This document shows positions 16,801-26,479 of a stretch of DNA of 60,325 nucleotides, one piece after another. Position numbers and translations under genes: made by a program. Position 1 is the stretch's first letter, and each line of letters starts with the position of its first letter. The DNA is from a virus (Duplodnaviria > Caudoviricetes): the IMG/VR virus record IMGVR_UViG_3300031689_000003, positions 1-60,325 of that record. One strand, given 5' to 3'. Under the pieces are notes generated by a model, which searched no databases, was not told the DNA's origin, and worked only from the letters and a program-made list of their open reading frames with translations.

Positions 16801-19800
16801 AATAGCAGCTATTTCTGCAGACACACTTTTGTTTGCTCTTGTTCCTAAGACTCTGTCAAAGGCTGAGCGTAATTCCATTTGTGTATTTTCTGATTGAATC
16901 TTAAATACAGGATTTGCCTGTAGCAATTCTTGAGACTTTTCTCTTATCTCTGCATAAGTTCTCGTTCTTTTATTGTCAATTAGTCTCCCGGTATTAGCAT
17001 CAAGTGTTATATCAGCATCTACCTGAGTACTTGCATACTGATTTACCTGCCCTTTTACGGTATTAAATAACGCTCTACCTACATCAACTCCACCTATAAC
17101 ATTGGTGAACTCTAATGGCATCTCAAGGAACGCATCAATGTGTACCTTCATAGCGGTGTTTACTGCTTCCATAGGAAAGCCTCTCTTCTTTAGAACAACT
17201 CTAATGGAGGCATCAGTAAATCCATTTTCCCTACCCTTATCTATTATGCCCTGCATAGATTGTCCACTACTGAATGCGGCTTCAGGATTTTTCATCTGAA
17301 TTAATTGTGCATCCGTTAGTTTTATTTTCTTTCCTGCAAATATATCTGCAAGTGCAGTACCAAGAAATTCGTCTAATGAAAGTGCTTGAACCTCAGCATC
17401 TGTTAAATCTGAAGATAATTTAAACTGTTCTTTAATTGATTTCCACATCCCAAGTAACCATTCTTGAAACTTAGATTTTAAAGATGCATCTGCTATTGTT
17501 TGTCCTTTATTACCTATAAGAATTGCCATTGCTTCATTAGTAGCTTTAGCTATATCTCCATTAAATTTTCTTAACTGAGTAGCAAACTCATCAGTTTGCA
17601 TAACAAGTTCTTGACCTTTACTATAAATGGCTTTACCTTTCTCTGTAGTCTGTAAATAGTCCGTCCAAACGTGCCCCATTTCGTGGATAGCAGTATTGAA
17701 TAACTCTGAATCAGAATTATGTGTTTGAGGGTTTATGTATATGTCACCGTTAACTGTAACTCCATATAGTACTTCGTCTCCTTTTAAGTATACCTTTACT
17801 CCTTCTGATTGTACTACATTATTAAACGTAGTTCCATCTGTAGAGAAAGCAACACTTGGGAACGAGGTATTCATAAAGTTAATTAACTTAGTTCCGTTAT
17901 CAACGTTACCTTCAGTTATCGCTCCTATAAATTCTAATCCCGGTAATCCGTTCTGAACACCAATCGTTTCAGTTAGTATAGTTCCTACACTTGATGGTTT
18001 TAATTGACCTTCTTCTAATACACCTTCAGGATTTTTCTTTACTGCTTTTTCTGTTCTGCTTGCCGCTATTTGCTTCTTGGTAAATGTTTTTCCTTTAGCT
18101 TCATCTTTAGTAAGACCAACTATAGCAGCATTAAATGCGGTAGGGAATGCATCTTGAATCGGAATCGACTCTTCTAAAACTCCAATATTTCTTCCCTTAA
18201 CTCCCCAATCATAATTAGGATGGGTAGTTTTAATTATCTCGGGATTTATCACATCAATACCCTGAATTGCAACCACACTTCTTTGTGGTACATTTTTCAT
18301 TTGTGGGTCAGTAATTAAATCAGTAATTTCAGCAAGAGATAGTAATGTTCTACTTTCAGCAGGCGTATTTTCTAATAATACTTTCGGAACTCCTTTAGTT
18401 GGTTTTCCTGCCTTAGTTGTTTCTCCTGCTCTGTTAGGAGAACCATATGCTATCGTCTCTAACAATACTCTACGTGAGGGTAGTGTTAATGTTTTTAAAA
18501 CTTTAGTATCTAAAAGTTGTTCAATGCTTTCAACGCTTTCAGCTTTAGCAAGCAACTCTTGTTTTTGTTTAATTGTTTTACCATATGCAGCTTTTGTTAA
18601 AGGAGAAATTTTCTTTCCTTTTAAACCTATACCTGTTTCTATTGAATTTTCTAACGCAGCTATGTCGTTTTTAGATTGTTCTATAAACACCTCTAAAGCT
18701 TTTACTTTATTTTCTTTAGGTATCAGAGTAAGATTATCCGCTAAAACTCTAAACGTTGCTTCGTTAGACAACAAAGAGCCTTCACCCATTTTTACAACAG
18801 TTAAAGGAACTAATCCATTATGTTCAGGATTTTGTTTCCACCATTGGTCGAAAATGTTTTGATTTTCTCTATAAATATTTTCTGCTTTTACAAGCATATC
18901 TTTAGCTTCCTTCTCAGTTGTATTAGCCCAAGCCGCTCCTTCGTTTCCTTCCGTCTCCGTAAAACCTAAGCCACCTTTTAAATTATCTATTGTGTTTCCT
19001 GTATTTGGATTTGTAGTATTTCCTGTAGTCAGTTGGTCAGATATTGTAAACACAGTTGGTACTCCGTCTATGATTTCTAACCTCGCAGTTCTAACAGGTC
19101 TGTTAGTTCTGCTTCCTAATTCTTCTCCATCTATAGCCACTCTCTTTCCTGAGTTTATAGTAGTAGATTCATTACCTGTCACCATAGCGTTCATTCTTTC
19201 AATTTCTACTTCTTCAGCTTCAATTTGAATGTCGTTATCAATGTTACCGTCTAAACCTTCTTTCATTCTGAAGTCTACCTTTGGATTTCCCTCAGATATA
19301 ACAGACTCTAAGTCAGAAACTTCTTCATTTAATACTCCCTTATCTTTCTTGAGTTTCTTATTTATTGCTTTAATTTGTTTCTTTGATTCAGAAATAGTTT
19401 CCTTTTCATTATCAATTTCATTCTTTGCATCTTCTTTTAAGTCTTGAATAGCAGTTGCTTTTTCTTCCTTAGATATTTTTTTCTTTCTAACCTCAGCAAC
19501 GTCAGCCTTAAGTTGTTCTCTTATGCTAACAATTTCATTTTGTTTTTCTTCAATCCCACCTTCAATGTCTGCAATCTCTTCTTCTAAGGGATTAATTTCT
19601 AAACCTTCTTCATTTATTTTTGCCTGCGTACCATCTTCGATGAGAGTTTGTTCTTGGTTTTCGGTTTGATTCGTTTCGGTAGTTTCTCCCTTGATGACTG
19701 TTCCCTCTCCCAACGTGCTGCTATCATTGGTTTGTTCTTGTGCATCCACGCTCGTTGTGCTTGACTCTTGAATGGCATTGTCTGTAGTTTTATCTTTGTT

Positions 19801-22800
19801 CATTATATTATTTAACTCCACTATAGATTCAGCGTCATTAAATATTGTTATATTTCTTTTCTTACGTTGTGCAGGTGTTAGTTCTTTAACTTTTTTAAAG
19901 AAGTCATCTTTAGTAAATCTTTTTCTGTTGATAGTATACAAAGGATTCTGTTCCCTTATATCTACATCTGAAGTTTGATTTCCTGAAAACGTTTTAAATT
20001 CAAGGTTAGTTTGATTCTCTTGTGACAATAGTGTCTTTGAAGACACAATACCTGCTAACTCTTTTTTAATCTCACTTATTGTTTCACTAAATATTTCTCT
20101 TTTGTTTGTCGTAGCAGACAGTTCTTGTTTCGCTGCCAAAAGTTCCATTACTCTATTTTCTAAAGCAGGATTAGTTGAAACATCTTGTTTACTGTTCTGA
20201 CCTGTATCAAGCAATAGTCTTGCTTCTTTTCTAAGTCCTATGTTTTCATTTATTCTTTGACCTGCCTCGGGAGTAATCTGTCCAAGTTCAACCATATTAT
20301 TAGTCCAAGTAGCTATTCGTTTAGAAGAATATTTTGACTCTGCTAAAAACTTTAAGTTTTCAAATTGTGCTGCTATATTTATGTTGTTTCTTGAACGACC
20401 ATCCATAAACATATTTATTGCAGCAAAAGGAGCACTCATACCAAATCCACCAACTACTTCATCCATAACATCAGCCATACTTTCTTCTTGACCTGCTGCT
20501 TTCTGTGCTAAATATTCTCCTAATCCTTCAGACAATGGGTCAAGTGTGACAACACTCGCTACACCTGCAGCGGCCCTTGTTCCTCTTGAAGCTAATACAC
20601 CTACCGGGAATAGTCTACCTGCTAAACCCATACTTAATCTGTCTACCGCACCAATAGTAAGTCCACGAGCAAGCCCTATACGTCTTCCTTCTTCCCAAAC
20701 TCTTTCGTCTTTTAATGCTTTAACCATTTCATCAGGGTCAGCAGCGTTGTAACCTATATTGCTGATTGCCTCATATACAGAGTTGGTGTATTCTAAAGCT
20801 ACCATTGTAGCAGCAACACCATTTTTTAATCCATCTATTGAACCTCCCACAACACCTGCAGTCGTTGTTGCAAAACCTATAGGCCCTGCAGTAAAACCTG
20901 TTGCTCCCATAGTACCACCTACTATTGCCTCTGTTGCTACTGTACCTGCAACTATCTTCATACCATAAGGTAACATCTGACTAATTGATTGAGCGGCCAT
21001 ACTTGTTGCAATCTCAAAAGGGTCATCAGAAAACGCATCAAATCTTTCTTCATATGTAAGTGCCCCGTGATATCTACTTAATGCTCTACCTTTAGGTTTA
21101 TTTTGTGAAGCGTTTTTATAATTAACAATATATTCTGCAGCTTCTCTTATTGATAAGTCATCATCCATATCAGTAATGCCTAAAGCAAGTGCTAATATTT
21201 TTTGATTTGCTTTACCATTTTTCCATCCACCACTCCATTCGTTTGATAATGAAGACCAATTTTCAACAAACTCACCACGAGCCTGCTTGTCTACCTTAGC
21301 ACTTAAAAAAGTTTTTGCTAACTCATATTGATTAGCAGCATTAGATTTTTCAAAGTCAACCTCTGATTGTTTTAATAATAATTGGTTTACTCTATATGCC
21401 TCATCTTCAGTTTTTGGTTTGTATTTAATTAGGTTTTCTGCCTTTATTCCAAACTCATTTAGAGTAGCGTAGTTAAGAGCATCTGCCTCTTGACTGTATG
21501 CGTAGTTTACTTTTGCAGCTACTGATAATTGTTTCTGTAATTTTTTATCTACAAGTACATCAAAGTCTTCTCTTACTGTTCTAAACTCATCAGCGTTAAC
21601 CGTCTCTCTTAGTTTTTCTGCTTTCTCTTTAAGATTAATAAGATATTCTGCAATGTCGCTTCGTTGTTTACCATCTACATATAAGTATGCAAATTTTTCT
21701 TTTAGGTTTTCAGGAACATCTTTTTCTCTGAATTGCATCTCATCACTTCCAAAACTACCATCAGTATTTTGTTTACCTGCGGCTTTAGCAAGGTCATAAC
21801 GTTGTCCTTCTATAAAGGTTATCTCATCCATTATACCTTCGTAGTCATCTAACTCTTTTCTATATGTTGTGTAATTAAGACCTCTGTCTGCATAGAATAA
21901 TTTCGCTTCAGAGTCTATTGTACTTACGTCTTTCCAAGAACCCTCAGCAACTTCTTCTGCAGCTTCAGCAGTATCGAAAGTAAATACTTCACCTCTTTTC
22001 AAAGCCTCTTTATATGCTTCCATTCCTTTTTTCTCCATCCACCACATTGGGTCAGAACCATATCGTTGTCCTGTAGTTTTTGGGAAAAGTGTAGGATATA
22101 CTACTTCGTTACCGTCAATATTTGCTGACTCCAATAACACCGTAGATTCTGTTCCATCATCATTAATACGAGCAGTACTTCTAATGTTTCTTATTTTTGT
22201 AGCTACATCAATTACATCTTGCTCAGGAGCAGATAATTGTTCATTAGGATTACGAGCATAAGTTGAAACAAAATTTCTTAGCTTAGCTGATTCCTCTTCG
22301 GATGACATTAAAGTTTTAAGACCTATTAGTTCTACTTCTGTTGAACCGGGTGCAATTACTTCTAAATAATCTCCACCATTTTTTTTAGTTTTTCTAAATA
22401 TAAAACCATACCTCCCATAAAGATTTGTAAAATAAGTAACGGCATCTTCTCCGTCCTTGTCTATAGAATCAGAATCCGTTGCAGATAATGCTAATTCAAA
22501 ATCGGTAGTCTTAAGTATTTTTTTTCTATCCTCTATACCTTTTGTTATCTCTGCATCAATAACTAATTTCTCTGCTGCTTGTCTCTCTATGTTAGCAGGT
22601 TCACTTGCTTTAGTTTCTTGTAAGGTTAATGCAAAGTCAGCAGCCCCTTGACTATTAGCTTCGTCTATTGCTTCCTGTGTAGGATACAGGCCTCCTAATC
22701 TTCTGTCAACAGGAGACTGATAATCCGATTCGCCTATATTAGTAGGGACGTATTCAGGTTCTTCACTATTCTTTTCTTCTTGGCGTAATTTAAAAGCTTC

Positions 22801-23085
22801 AGGGTCAAATATCTCCATCTCGGGTAAGCCCGAAGAACCATCTTCCAAGTCGAATTCCGTATCGTCTTTTTTTTTTACTTGTACAATTTCTTCAACCGTA
22901 GTAATACCCATAAGATTTTTAAAATCATCAAAGTTATCATTGTACCCATTATCTTGAAAATGAGTAAATGAATCCTGAAGTGCATCGGGATTACTTGTAA
23001 TTAATTCTTTAAAAGAATCAAATGTTTCTCTATAACCATTGTTAAGAAATAATTGATAAGCATCTCTTATAGCATCTTCATTCAT
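13819..23085 (-). CDS. Giant (3088 aa) internal virion/ejection protein, polyvalent type, with zincin-like HExxH domain
   Basis: Last gene of the structural arm; GDIYINP...TAIHEMGHVW...EAMA (HEMGH at 17671-17685); Gly/Ala-rich hydrophobic segment; acidic coiled coil. Confidence 0.7.
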   Translation of the reverse strand: MNEDAIRDAYQLFLNNGYRETFDSFKELITSNPDALQDSFTHFQDNGYNDNFDDFKNLMGITTVEEIVQVKKKDDTEFDLEDGSSGLPEMEIFDPEAFKLRQEEKNSEEPEYVPTNIGESDYQSPVDRRLGGLYPTQEAIDEANSQGAADFALTLQETKASEPANIERQAAEKLVIDAEITKGIEDRKKILKTTDFELALSATDSDSIDKDGEDAVTYFTNLYGRYGFIFRKTKKNGGDYLEVIAPGSTEVELIGLKTLMSSEEESAKLRNFVSTYARNPNEQLSAPEQDVIDVATKIRNIRSTARINDDGTESTVLLESANIDGNEVVYPTLFPKTTGQRYGSDPMWWMEKKGMEAYKEALKRGEVFTFDTAEAAEEVAEGSWKDVSTIDSEAKLFYADRGLNYTTYRKELDDYEGIMDEITFIEGQRYDLAKAAGKQNTDGSFGSDEMQFREKDVPENLKEKFAYLYVDGKQRSDIAEYLINLKEKAEKLRETVNADEFRTVREDFDVLVDKKLQKQLSVAAKVNYAYSQEADALNYATLNEFGIKAENLIKYKPKTEDEAYRVNQLLLKQSEVDFEKSNAANQYELAKTFLSAKVDKQARGEFVENWSSLSNEWSGGWKNGKANQKILALALGITDMDDDLSIREAAEYIVNYKNASQNKPKGRALSRYHGALTYEERFDAFSDDPFEIATSMAAQSISQMLPYGMKIVAGTVATEAIVGGTMGATGFTAGPIGFATTTAGVVGGSIDGLKNGVAATMVALEYTNSVYEAISNIGYNAADPDEMVKALKDERVWEEGRRIGLARGLTIGAVDRLSMGLAGRLFPVGVLASRGTRAAAGVASVVTLDPLSEGLGEYLAQKAAGQEESMADVMDEVVGGFGMSAPFAAINMFMDGRSRNNINIAAQFENLKFLAESKYSSKRIATWTNNMVELGQITPEAGQRINENIGLRKEARLLLDTGQNSKQDVSTNPALENRVMELLAAKQELSATTNKREIFSETISEIKKELAGIVSSKTLLSQENQTNLEFKTFSGNQTSDVDIREQNPLYTINRKRFTKDDFFKKVKELTPAQRKKRNITIFNDAESIVELNNIMNKDKTTDNAIQESSTTSVDAQEQTNDSSTLGEGTVIKGETTETNQTENQEQTLIEDGTQAKINEEGLEINPLEEEIADIEGGIEEKQNEIVSIREQLKADVAEVRKKKISKEEKATAIQDLKEDAKNEIDNEKETISESKKQIKAINKKLKKDKGVLNEEVSDLESVISEGNPKVDFRMKEGLDGNIDNDIQIEAEEVEIERMNAMVTGNESTTINSGKRVAIDGEELGSRTNRPVRTARLEIIDGVPTVFTISDQLTTGNTTNPNTGNTIDNLKGGLGFTETEGNEGAAWANTTEKEAKDMLVKAENIYRENQNIFDQWWKQNPEHNGLVPLTVVKMGEGSLLSNEATFRVLADNLTLIPKENKVKALEVFIEQSKNDIAALENSIETGIGLKGKKISPLTKAAYGKTIKQKQELLAKAESVESIEQLLDTKVLKTLTLPSRRVLLETIAYGSPNRAGETTKAGKPTKGVPKVLLENTPAESRTLLSLAEITDLITDPQMKNVPQRSVVAIQGIDVINPEIIKTTHPNYDWGVKGRNIGVLEESIPIQDAFPTAFNAAIVGLTKDEAKGKTFTKKQIAASRTEKAVKKNPEGVLEEGQLKPSSVGTILTETIGVQNGLPGLEFIGAITEGNVDNGTKLINFMNTSFPSVAFSTDGTTFNNVVQSEGVKVYLKGDEVLYGVTVNGDIYINPQTHNSDSELFNTAIHEMGHVWTDYLQTTEKGKAIYSKGQELVMQTDEFATQLRKFNGDIAKATNEAMAILIGNKGQTIADASLKSKFQEWLLGMWKSIKEQFKLSSDLTDAEVQALSLDEFLGTALADIFAGKKIKLTDAQLIQMKNPEAAFSSGQSMQGIIDKGRENGFTDASIRVVLKKRGFPMEAVNTAMKVHIDAFLEMPLEFTNVIGGVDVGRALFNTVKGQVNQYASTQVDADITLDANTGRLIDNKRTRTYAEIREKSQELLQANPVFKIQSENTQMELRSAFDRVLGTRANKSVSAEIAAIKNNIRQQKIGADNIVAAQQRLRVLIRKFLPKNTKYSKVEVEKFLRLINSTNPKNFEGKAFLVMEQIVVVREKIRMKMIDDIQTFVKKKSQFKKTESGKTRGKGVDAIGQKYFSYAAQVFKMVLANDFAGLTAYKNSINTDTIELLQDKIAKGIEITNEERFLLDKQLAFDSYADIINMDYYQVESLLQDAKLISKEAIARLNNRRALRKQQTDKIKEDFVTQIKRQYSELFGDKGALLGGNEIINRRASIRKSLEDNGFFGALRAFLFDFTTDLKYSPTGIKKYIRNNIVHLGTLTNVLDRGTTGNMFNDTFYRRLNLADEAYHTGVFIQEDNMDAMAQTIGFDTFNKWKYSLGEESISIDNVLNAKTKQKYKEYGITKDKALRIYALSKNEVQLNKLRKQGFTDAKLKVIRDFVGEDNIKMADMVMDYLSNDYFTQTNDIYIQSNDISLTKVDNYFPTRTQGGDINSSDMLSGDFSKVFSAEFSPALKERVDTTSDIELGFDFSEVFEDHIMQMERFKAYALPVKQLNTILKSPEIQTVLEETGLKKLLATTLNYAINPTSGPKLDQDAVGWIQGRFTGFALAFKPIQTVKQASSAILGFEKYNYRGRGKKKIPGLDLTMLMVDYASVLANLPNEIKEAKKISGGFRNRLKRGLEGDIFGLESGGKRSAPKFRNRKDILGKVVRGYDTAAGVFTILGDILGVLGYKAAFNRDIKNGMPLAEATELFNDYNASQQTRRNTEKNQLQMATTTGSRFFTMFASTLFLLMNKVMISSNNIQKLASEGKVAPASDFRALALAYSGSNALFALASYSGALLRGDDEERREAMKQVMLAASGLSLVYQIPLFGAAVEEAVNRATGNRKPVSEGVNPFLTVFKRTEKAITEASKGEGSIAKVVTPVLELGLGAQLTAPIALGKTFGGDFSDDNIYDLLGITKSYRAGYGVKAKKNGGMTKTQMRRLYPELYKEYYPPKSDEIKEYEKYQKQMYKDFYGQD
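20031..20046. repeat. 16-bp dyad motif copy 6 (inside giant CDS)
   Basis: GTGTCTTTGAAGACAC; encodes VSSKT on - strand. Confidence 0.9.
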
Positions 23086-23086
23086 A

Positions 23087-25132
23087 TTACTTTTCTTCTT
23101 TTGGTTTGTTATAATTTCCTACGTTTACGGAAGAATTTACTTGTTGTACTACTGTTCCCTTTGGCAAATTACGTCTTGTACTTGTTCGTTTTCTTTCACC
23201 TGTTTGTGATTTCCCTTGTAAATAAAGAGGAAGCCCCGAAGTAGTTGGCGGTTCTGTTGATGCAGTAGCCCACGCTGCATCTTTTATTTCTTGTATACCT
23301 TTTTCAATTGCAGCAGCAGTAGCCTCAACAGTTCCCTCTAAGGCTATTGTTACAATTCGTTTACCTGCAGCATCATTAATTGCAATTTCATCGTCTCCAA
23401 TATTTGTGGTAGTTACTTTAAAGTTCTTAGCCCCCGGTATATTTGCAAGAGCCGCTATTAAACTTTGCTTTGTTTTATCTTCACTATACTCACCGGCTAT
23501 CACATTCCCCTCTGCATCCTCTGTCTCTAAATCTGTTATGAAATTATCAACTGAAAGTGCACTATCCATTTCTCTTTTAAAAGTAGCTTCTTTACTTTCT
23601 GTAGTTATCTCATTAGATGCACCAAACCCTACTGAGGTATTATTAAATGCACTTGATAAGTCTACTGTATTTGATTTCAATAAAGTATTTATATTTTCGA
23701 TTGGTTTATTGCTAAAGAAATTTGCCGCTCCCGTAACCCAAGATGTTTGGTCTAAAGGCTGACCTGTTACAGGGTCTAAGAAACTAATTTCTTCAGGCGG
23801 TCTACCGTCTGTATATGTAATAATTACAGAAGTATTATCTCTGTCAATGGTATCTATTAATTTATTAGAACTCCTTATGAAATCAATTGATTCTTTAACC
23901 TCCGCATCATTTCCGTAAAATAATTTAGCGGTATTAGTAAGTGATTTAGTATTTGCGTTTTTTGCGTTCCTGTTATTTGTTTCAGCAGCAGTCTCTCTTT
24001 GATAATCATTAACTGATACTGCTTTCTTCTCTCTGTTTACTTTGTTTCTAATTGCAGTTCGCATATAAGCATACACTTGGTCTTCTTGCTTTTTAGCATT
24101 AGGATTTATTGATGCATCAAATACAGGTGCAACCGTACCGTTTTGTCTGCTTAATAGAATTAAATCTCCATCTGCTTTTGCTTCATCTTCTGAAAAAGTA
24201 AAACTATATTCTTTACCATCTTTACCAAACTTTACAAAGTCTGTAAGTACTGAAGAGGTGTTGTAATTACCTGAAGTAAGTTGACCTTTAATCCAATCAT
24301 TCTCTGCAGAAAGATATAAGTTTGTAATCTCTGTTTCTTCTGTAGTTAATCCTAATCTATTTATATCATCTTTAGAAAGTACTTTAGCAAAAGGGTCTAT
24401 TGATGTAATCAATTGCCCTGCTGCTGACCTACTACCTTTTATTTTTGATATTTCTGTCCACGCTCCTGTAGACTCTACCCAAGCTGAAGTAGCTTTCTCT
24501 ACATCGTACTTATTAAATTCACCTGTAATTTGACCACGTAATGAACTTACTGCAACTAAATCATTAGGGTCTGATGATATTGTAGTTAACCCTGTTTTTG
24601 CATTTTTTTCTCTGAAACCTGCACTAACTTTTCCTGTTTGTGGATTAATAACTAATTCACTTTGATTAAAGTTTGCAAACCCTTCAGCATTCTCCATAAG
24701 CCATACTTCCATTTTCTGAGAAGCAGTAGCAGGGTCTTGGCTTTTAAACCTTTCCATCTTATTAGCAAACTGAGCTTGATAATCTTCTATTAAACTAAAA
24801 GCATTTTCAGTACCGTCAAGTAAATTCTGACGCATCTGAGTATAATCATATTGGCTTAAGCCTCCATTCTTTAATAACTTATCTTGTACAAGCATTACTT
24901 CTCTTGCATTATCTGAATAAGCTATTCCCCAATTTCTAATAGTATCACTTTCTCCTTGAGGAGATTTGTCTAAAAGTTTTTGGAAATCTCTTGTTCCTTG
25001 GTCAACTGCAGCCTTAGCTTCTACACGAGTATTTACTTCGTCTTTAACAACGTCACTTAAATTTTGACTTACTTCAGCCCAATTAATATCTGCTTGAGGG
25101 TCACGAGGTTGGTACTTATAATATGTTGCCAT
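23087..25132 (-). CDS. Putative internal virion/ejection protein
   Basis: Middle gene of a small/medium/giant triplet typical of podovirus ejection proteins. Confidence 0.5.
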   Translation of the reverse strand: MATYYKYQPRDPQADINWAEVSQNLSDVVKDEVNTRVEAKAAVDQGTRDFQKLLDKSPQGESDTIRNWGIAYSDNAREVMLVQDKLLKNGGLSQYDYTQMRQNLLDGTENAFSLIEDYQAQFANKMERFKSQDPATASQKMEVWLMENAEGFANFNQSELVINPQTGKVSAGFREKNAKTGLTTISSDPNDLVAVSSLRGQITGEFNKYDVEKATSAWVESTGAWTEISKIKGSRSAAGQLITSIDPFAKVLSKDDINRLGLTTEETEITNLYLSAENDWIKGQLTSGNYNTSSVLTDFVKFGKDGKEYSFTFSEDEAKADGDLILLSRQNGTVAPVFDASINPNAKKQEDQVYAYMRTAIRNKVNREKKAVSVNDYQRETAAETNNRNAKNANTKSLTNTAKLFYGNDAEVKESIDFIRSSNKLIDTIDRDNTSVIITYTDGRPPEEISFLDPVTGQPLDQTSWVTGAANFFSNKPIENINTLLKSNTVDLSSAFNNTSVGFGASNEITTESKEATFKREMDSALSVDNFITDLETEDAEGNVIAGEYSEDKTKQSLIAALANIPGAKNFKVTTTNIGDDEIAINDAAGKRIVTIALEGTVEATAAAIEKGIQEIKDAAWATASTEPPTTSGLPLYLQGKSQTGERKRTSTRRNLPKGTVVQQVNSSVNVGNYNKPKEEK

Positions 25133-25138
25133 TTGTTT

Positions 25139-26047
25139 TTATTTTCGTGTTACATCAAAAGGATTAAACGCAGCATCCATATAAGGCATTCCACCTGAAA
25201 TGCCTCGTTGGTATCTGTCAGAATAATTACCCGTAGGAGAATCTAATTTATCTATTGCGGTTTGAAAATTCTTTGATGCTTTTGCTTGAATTAGTTTTCC
25301 TTCGGCTACTGCACCTGCAATTGCAGACATCGGTGTTCCGTTTACCGTTACACCTCCTGCTCCGGGTGCTGATACAGGGGGGGTTGCAGATACTGATGCT
25401 TTTTCTGCAGCTAATATTGCTGCTTGTTTATCTAAACCTGCTTGTGTAGATTTTGCTTCTGCAAGTGCGGTTTTATTTTCTCCATATAAATTAAACATTG
25501 AAATACCATCAGCTACTGCACCAATCGTTTGATTTATACCTTGTGTGTTTTGTGCCGCTGCTCTTGCTTCTGCTGATGCTGCTGCTTGTTGAGCACCTGC
25601 TACTTCTTGCAAGTCCATACCAACACTTATATCTCTAAGCCTTGAATCTTCTTCTGCTTTTTGTGCTTCAAGGTCAAATAAATCTCTATTCATTTCATCA
25701 CGAATAGCACCTTGACCTTGTTGTTGTTGTGCTAAAACTCTTCCTGCCGTTGCTGCTCCACCTCTTTCACTTTCAACACCTGCTTCTAATGCTTGTGCTC
25801 CTGCTGATAGCATTGCTTCACGTTCTCTTTCGTAAGGTTCTTTGTTTATTGATAATGCGTCTGCAAAGTTAACTTCAAGTTTTCTTCTTGCTTCTGCCAT
25901 TTTTTTCTCAGCATCTCTTTCTGCAACTTCTTGTGCATTTCTTGCACGATTTGCTGCACCAAAAGACATAAGTGCTCCTACTCCTTTAGTAGCAACTCCT
26001 GTTCCTGCTGAAATTAATAATGCCGTACCTGCCGTTATTGCACTCAT
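25139..26047 (-). CDS. Putative small ejection (pilot) protein
   Basis: Gly/Ala-rich hydrophobic N-terminus followed by Ala/Gln-rich helices. Confidence 0.6.
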   Translation of the reverse strand: MSAITAGTALLISAGTGVATKGVGALMSFGAANRARNAQEVAERDAEKKMAEARRKLEVNFADALSINKEPYEREREAMLSAGAQALEAGVESERGGAATAGRVLAQQQQGQGAIRDEMNRDLFDLEAQKAEEDSRLRDISVGMDLQEVAGAQQAAASAEARAAAQNTQGINQTIGAVADGISMFNLYGENKTALAEAKSTQAGLDKQAAILAAEKASVSATPPVSAPGAGGVTVNGTPMSAIAGAVAEGKLIQAKASKNFQTAIDKLDSPTGNYSDRYQRGISGGMPYMDAAFNPFDVTRK

Positions 26048-26050
26048 ATT

Positions 26051-26461
26051 TTATAATAGTTTAATCATTTCTTTATTGTAGCTATCTCCTTGTGCGTACC
26101 CTTGTCTTTCATAAGTTTCAATTAAGCTATTACTTTTAATTAAAGCGTATGCATATTTTGCTCCTGTTGTCTTAGCTACTTCTGTTAATTTTTGAATTAA
26201 TAAATCCATAGCTTCTCTTCGATGAGGTTTTTTTCTATATGTATGGCTTGATACAATCCAATCAATCCAAGATAATTTTGAATTAGTATTATAAACATAT
26301 CCTGCACATATTGGAATATCATCATCAAAAATAATAAGACCTCCTGTTCCGTTTTCAGGAAGAAAATCTTTTATAGGTGCATCCCATCCCCAATCTGACC
26401 ACCAACCTAATAAAATATTCTCGTAATCATCTTCGGTAATCTGTTGTATTTTAAAGGCCAT
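26051..26461 (-). CDS. GNAT-fold-like virion assembly protein
   Basis: WIDWIVSSHTYRK...LIETYERQGY; positioned between tail and ejection genes, like T7 gp13. Confidence 0.6.
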   Translation of the reverse strand: MAFKIQQITEDDYENILLGWWSDWGWDAPIKDFLPENGTGGLIIFDDDIPICAGYVYNTNSKLSWIDWIVSSHTYRKKPHRREAMDLLIQKLTEVAKTTGAKYAYALIKSNSLIETYERQGYAQGDSYNKEMIKLL

Positions 26462-26465
26462 ATAG

Positions 26466-26473
26466 CAAAGATA
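26466..26473 (-). promoter_or_regulatory. -7 box TATCTTTG, 4 nt from ATG (leaderless?)
   Basis: - strand reads TATCTTTG-CTAT-ATG. Confidence 0.6.
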
Positions 26474-26479
26474 CTAATT

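Noticed and set aside
13819-23085. crAss- or N4-like virion RNA polymerase
   Set aside because: No DxDGD/DFDID or T7-like polymerase motifs recognised; host-type promoters occur throughout
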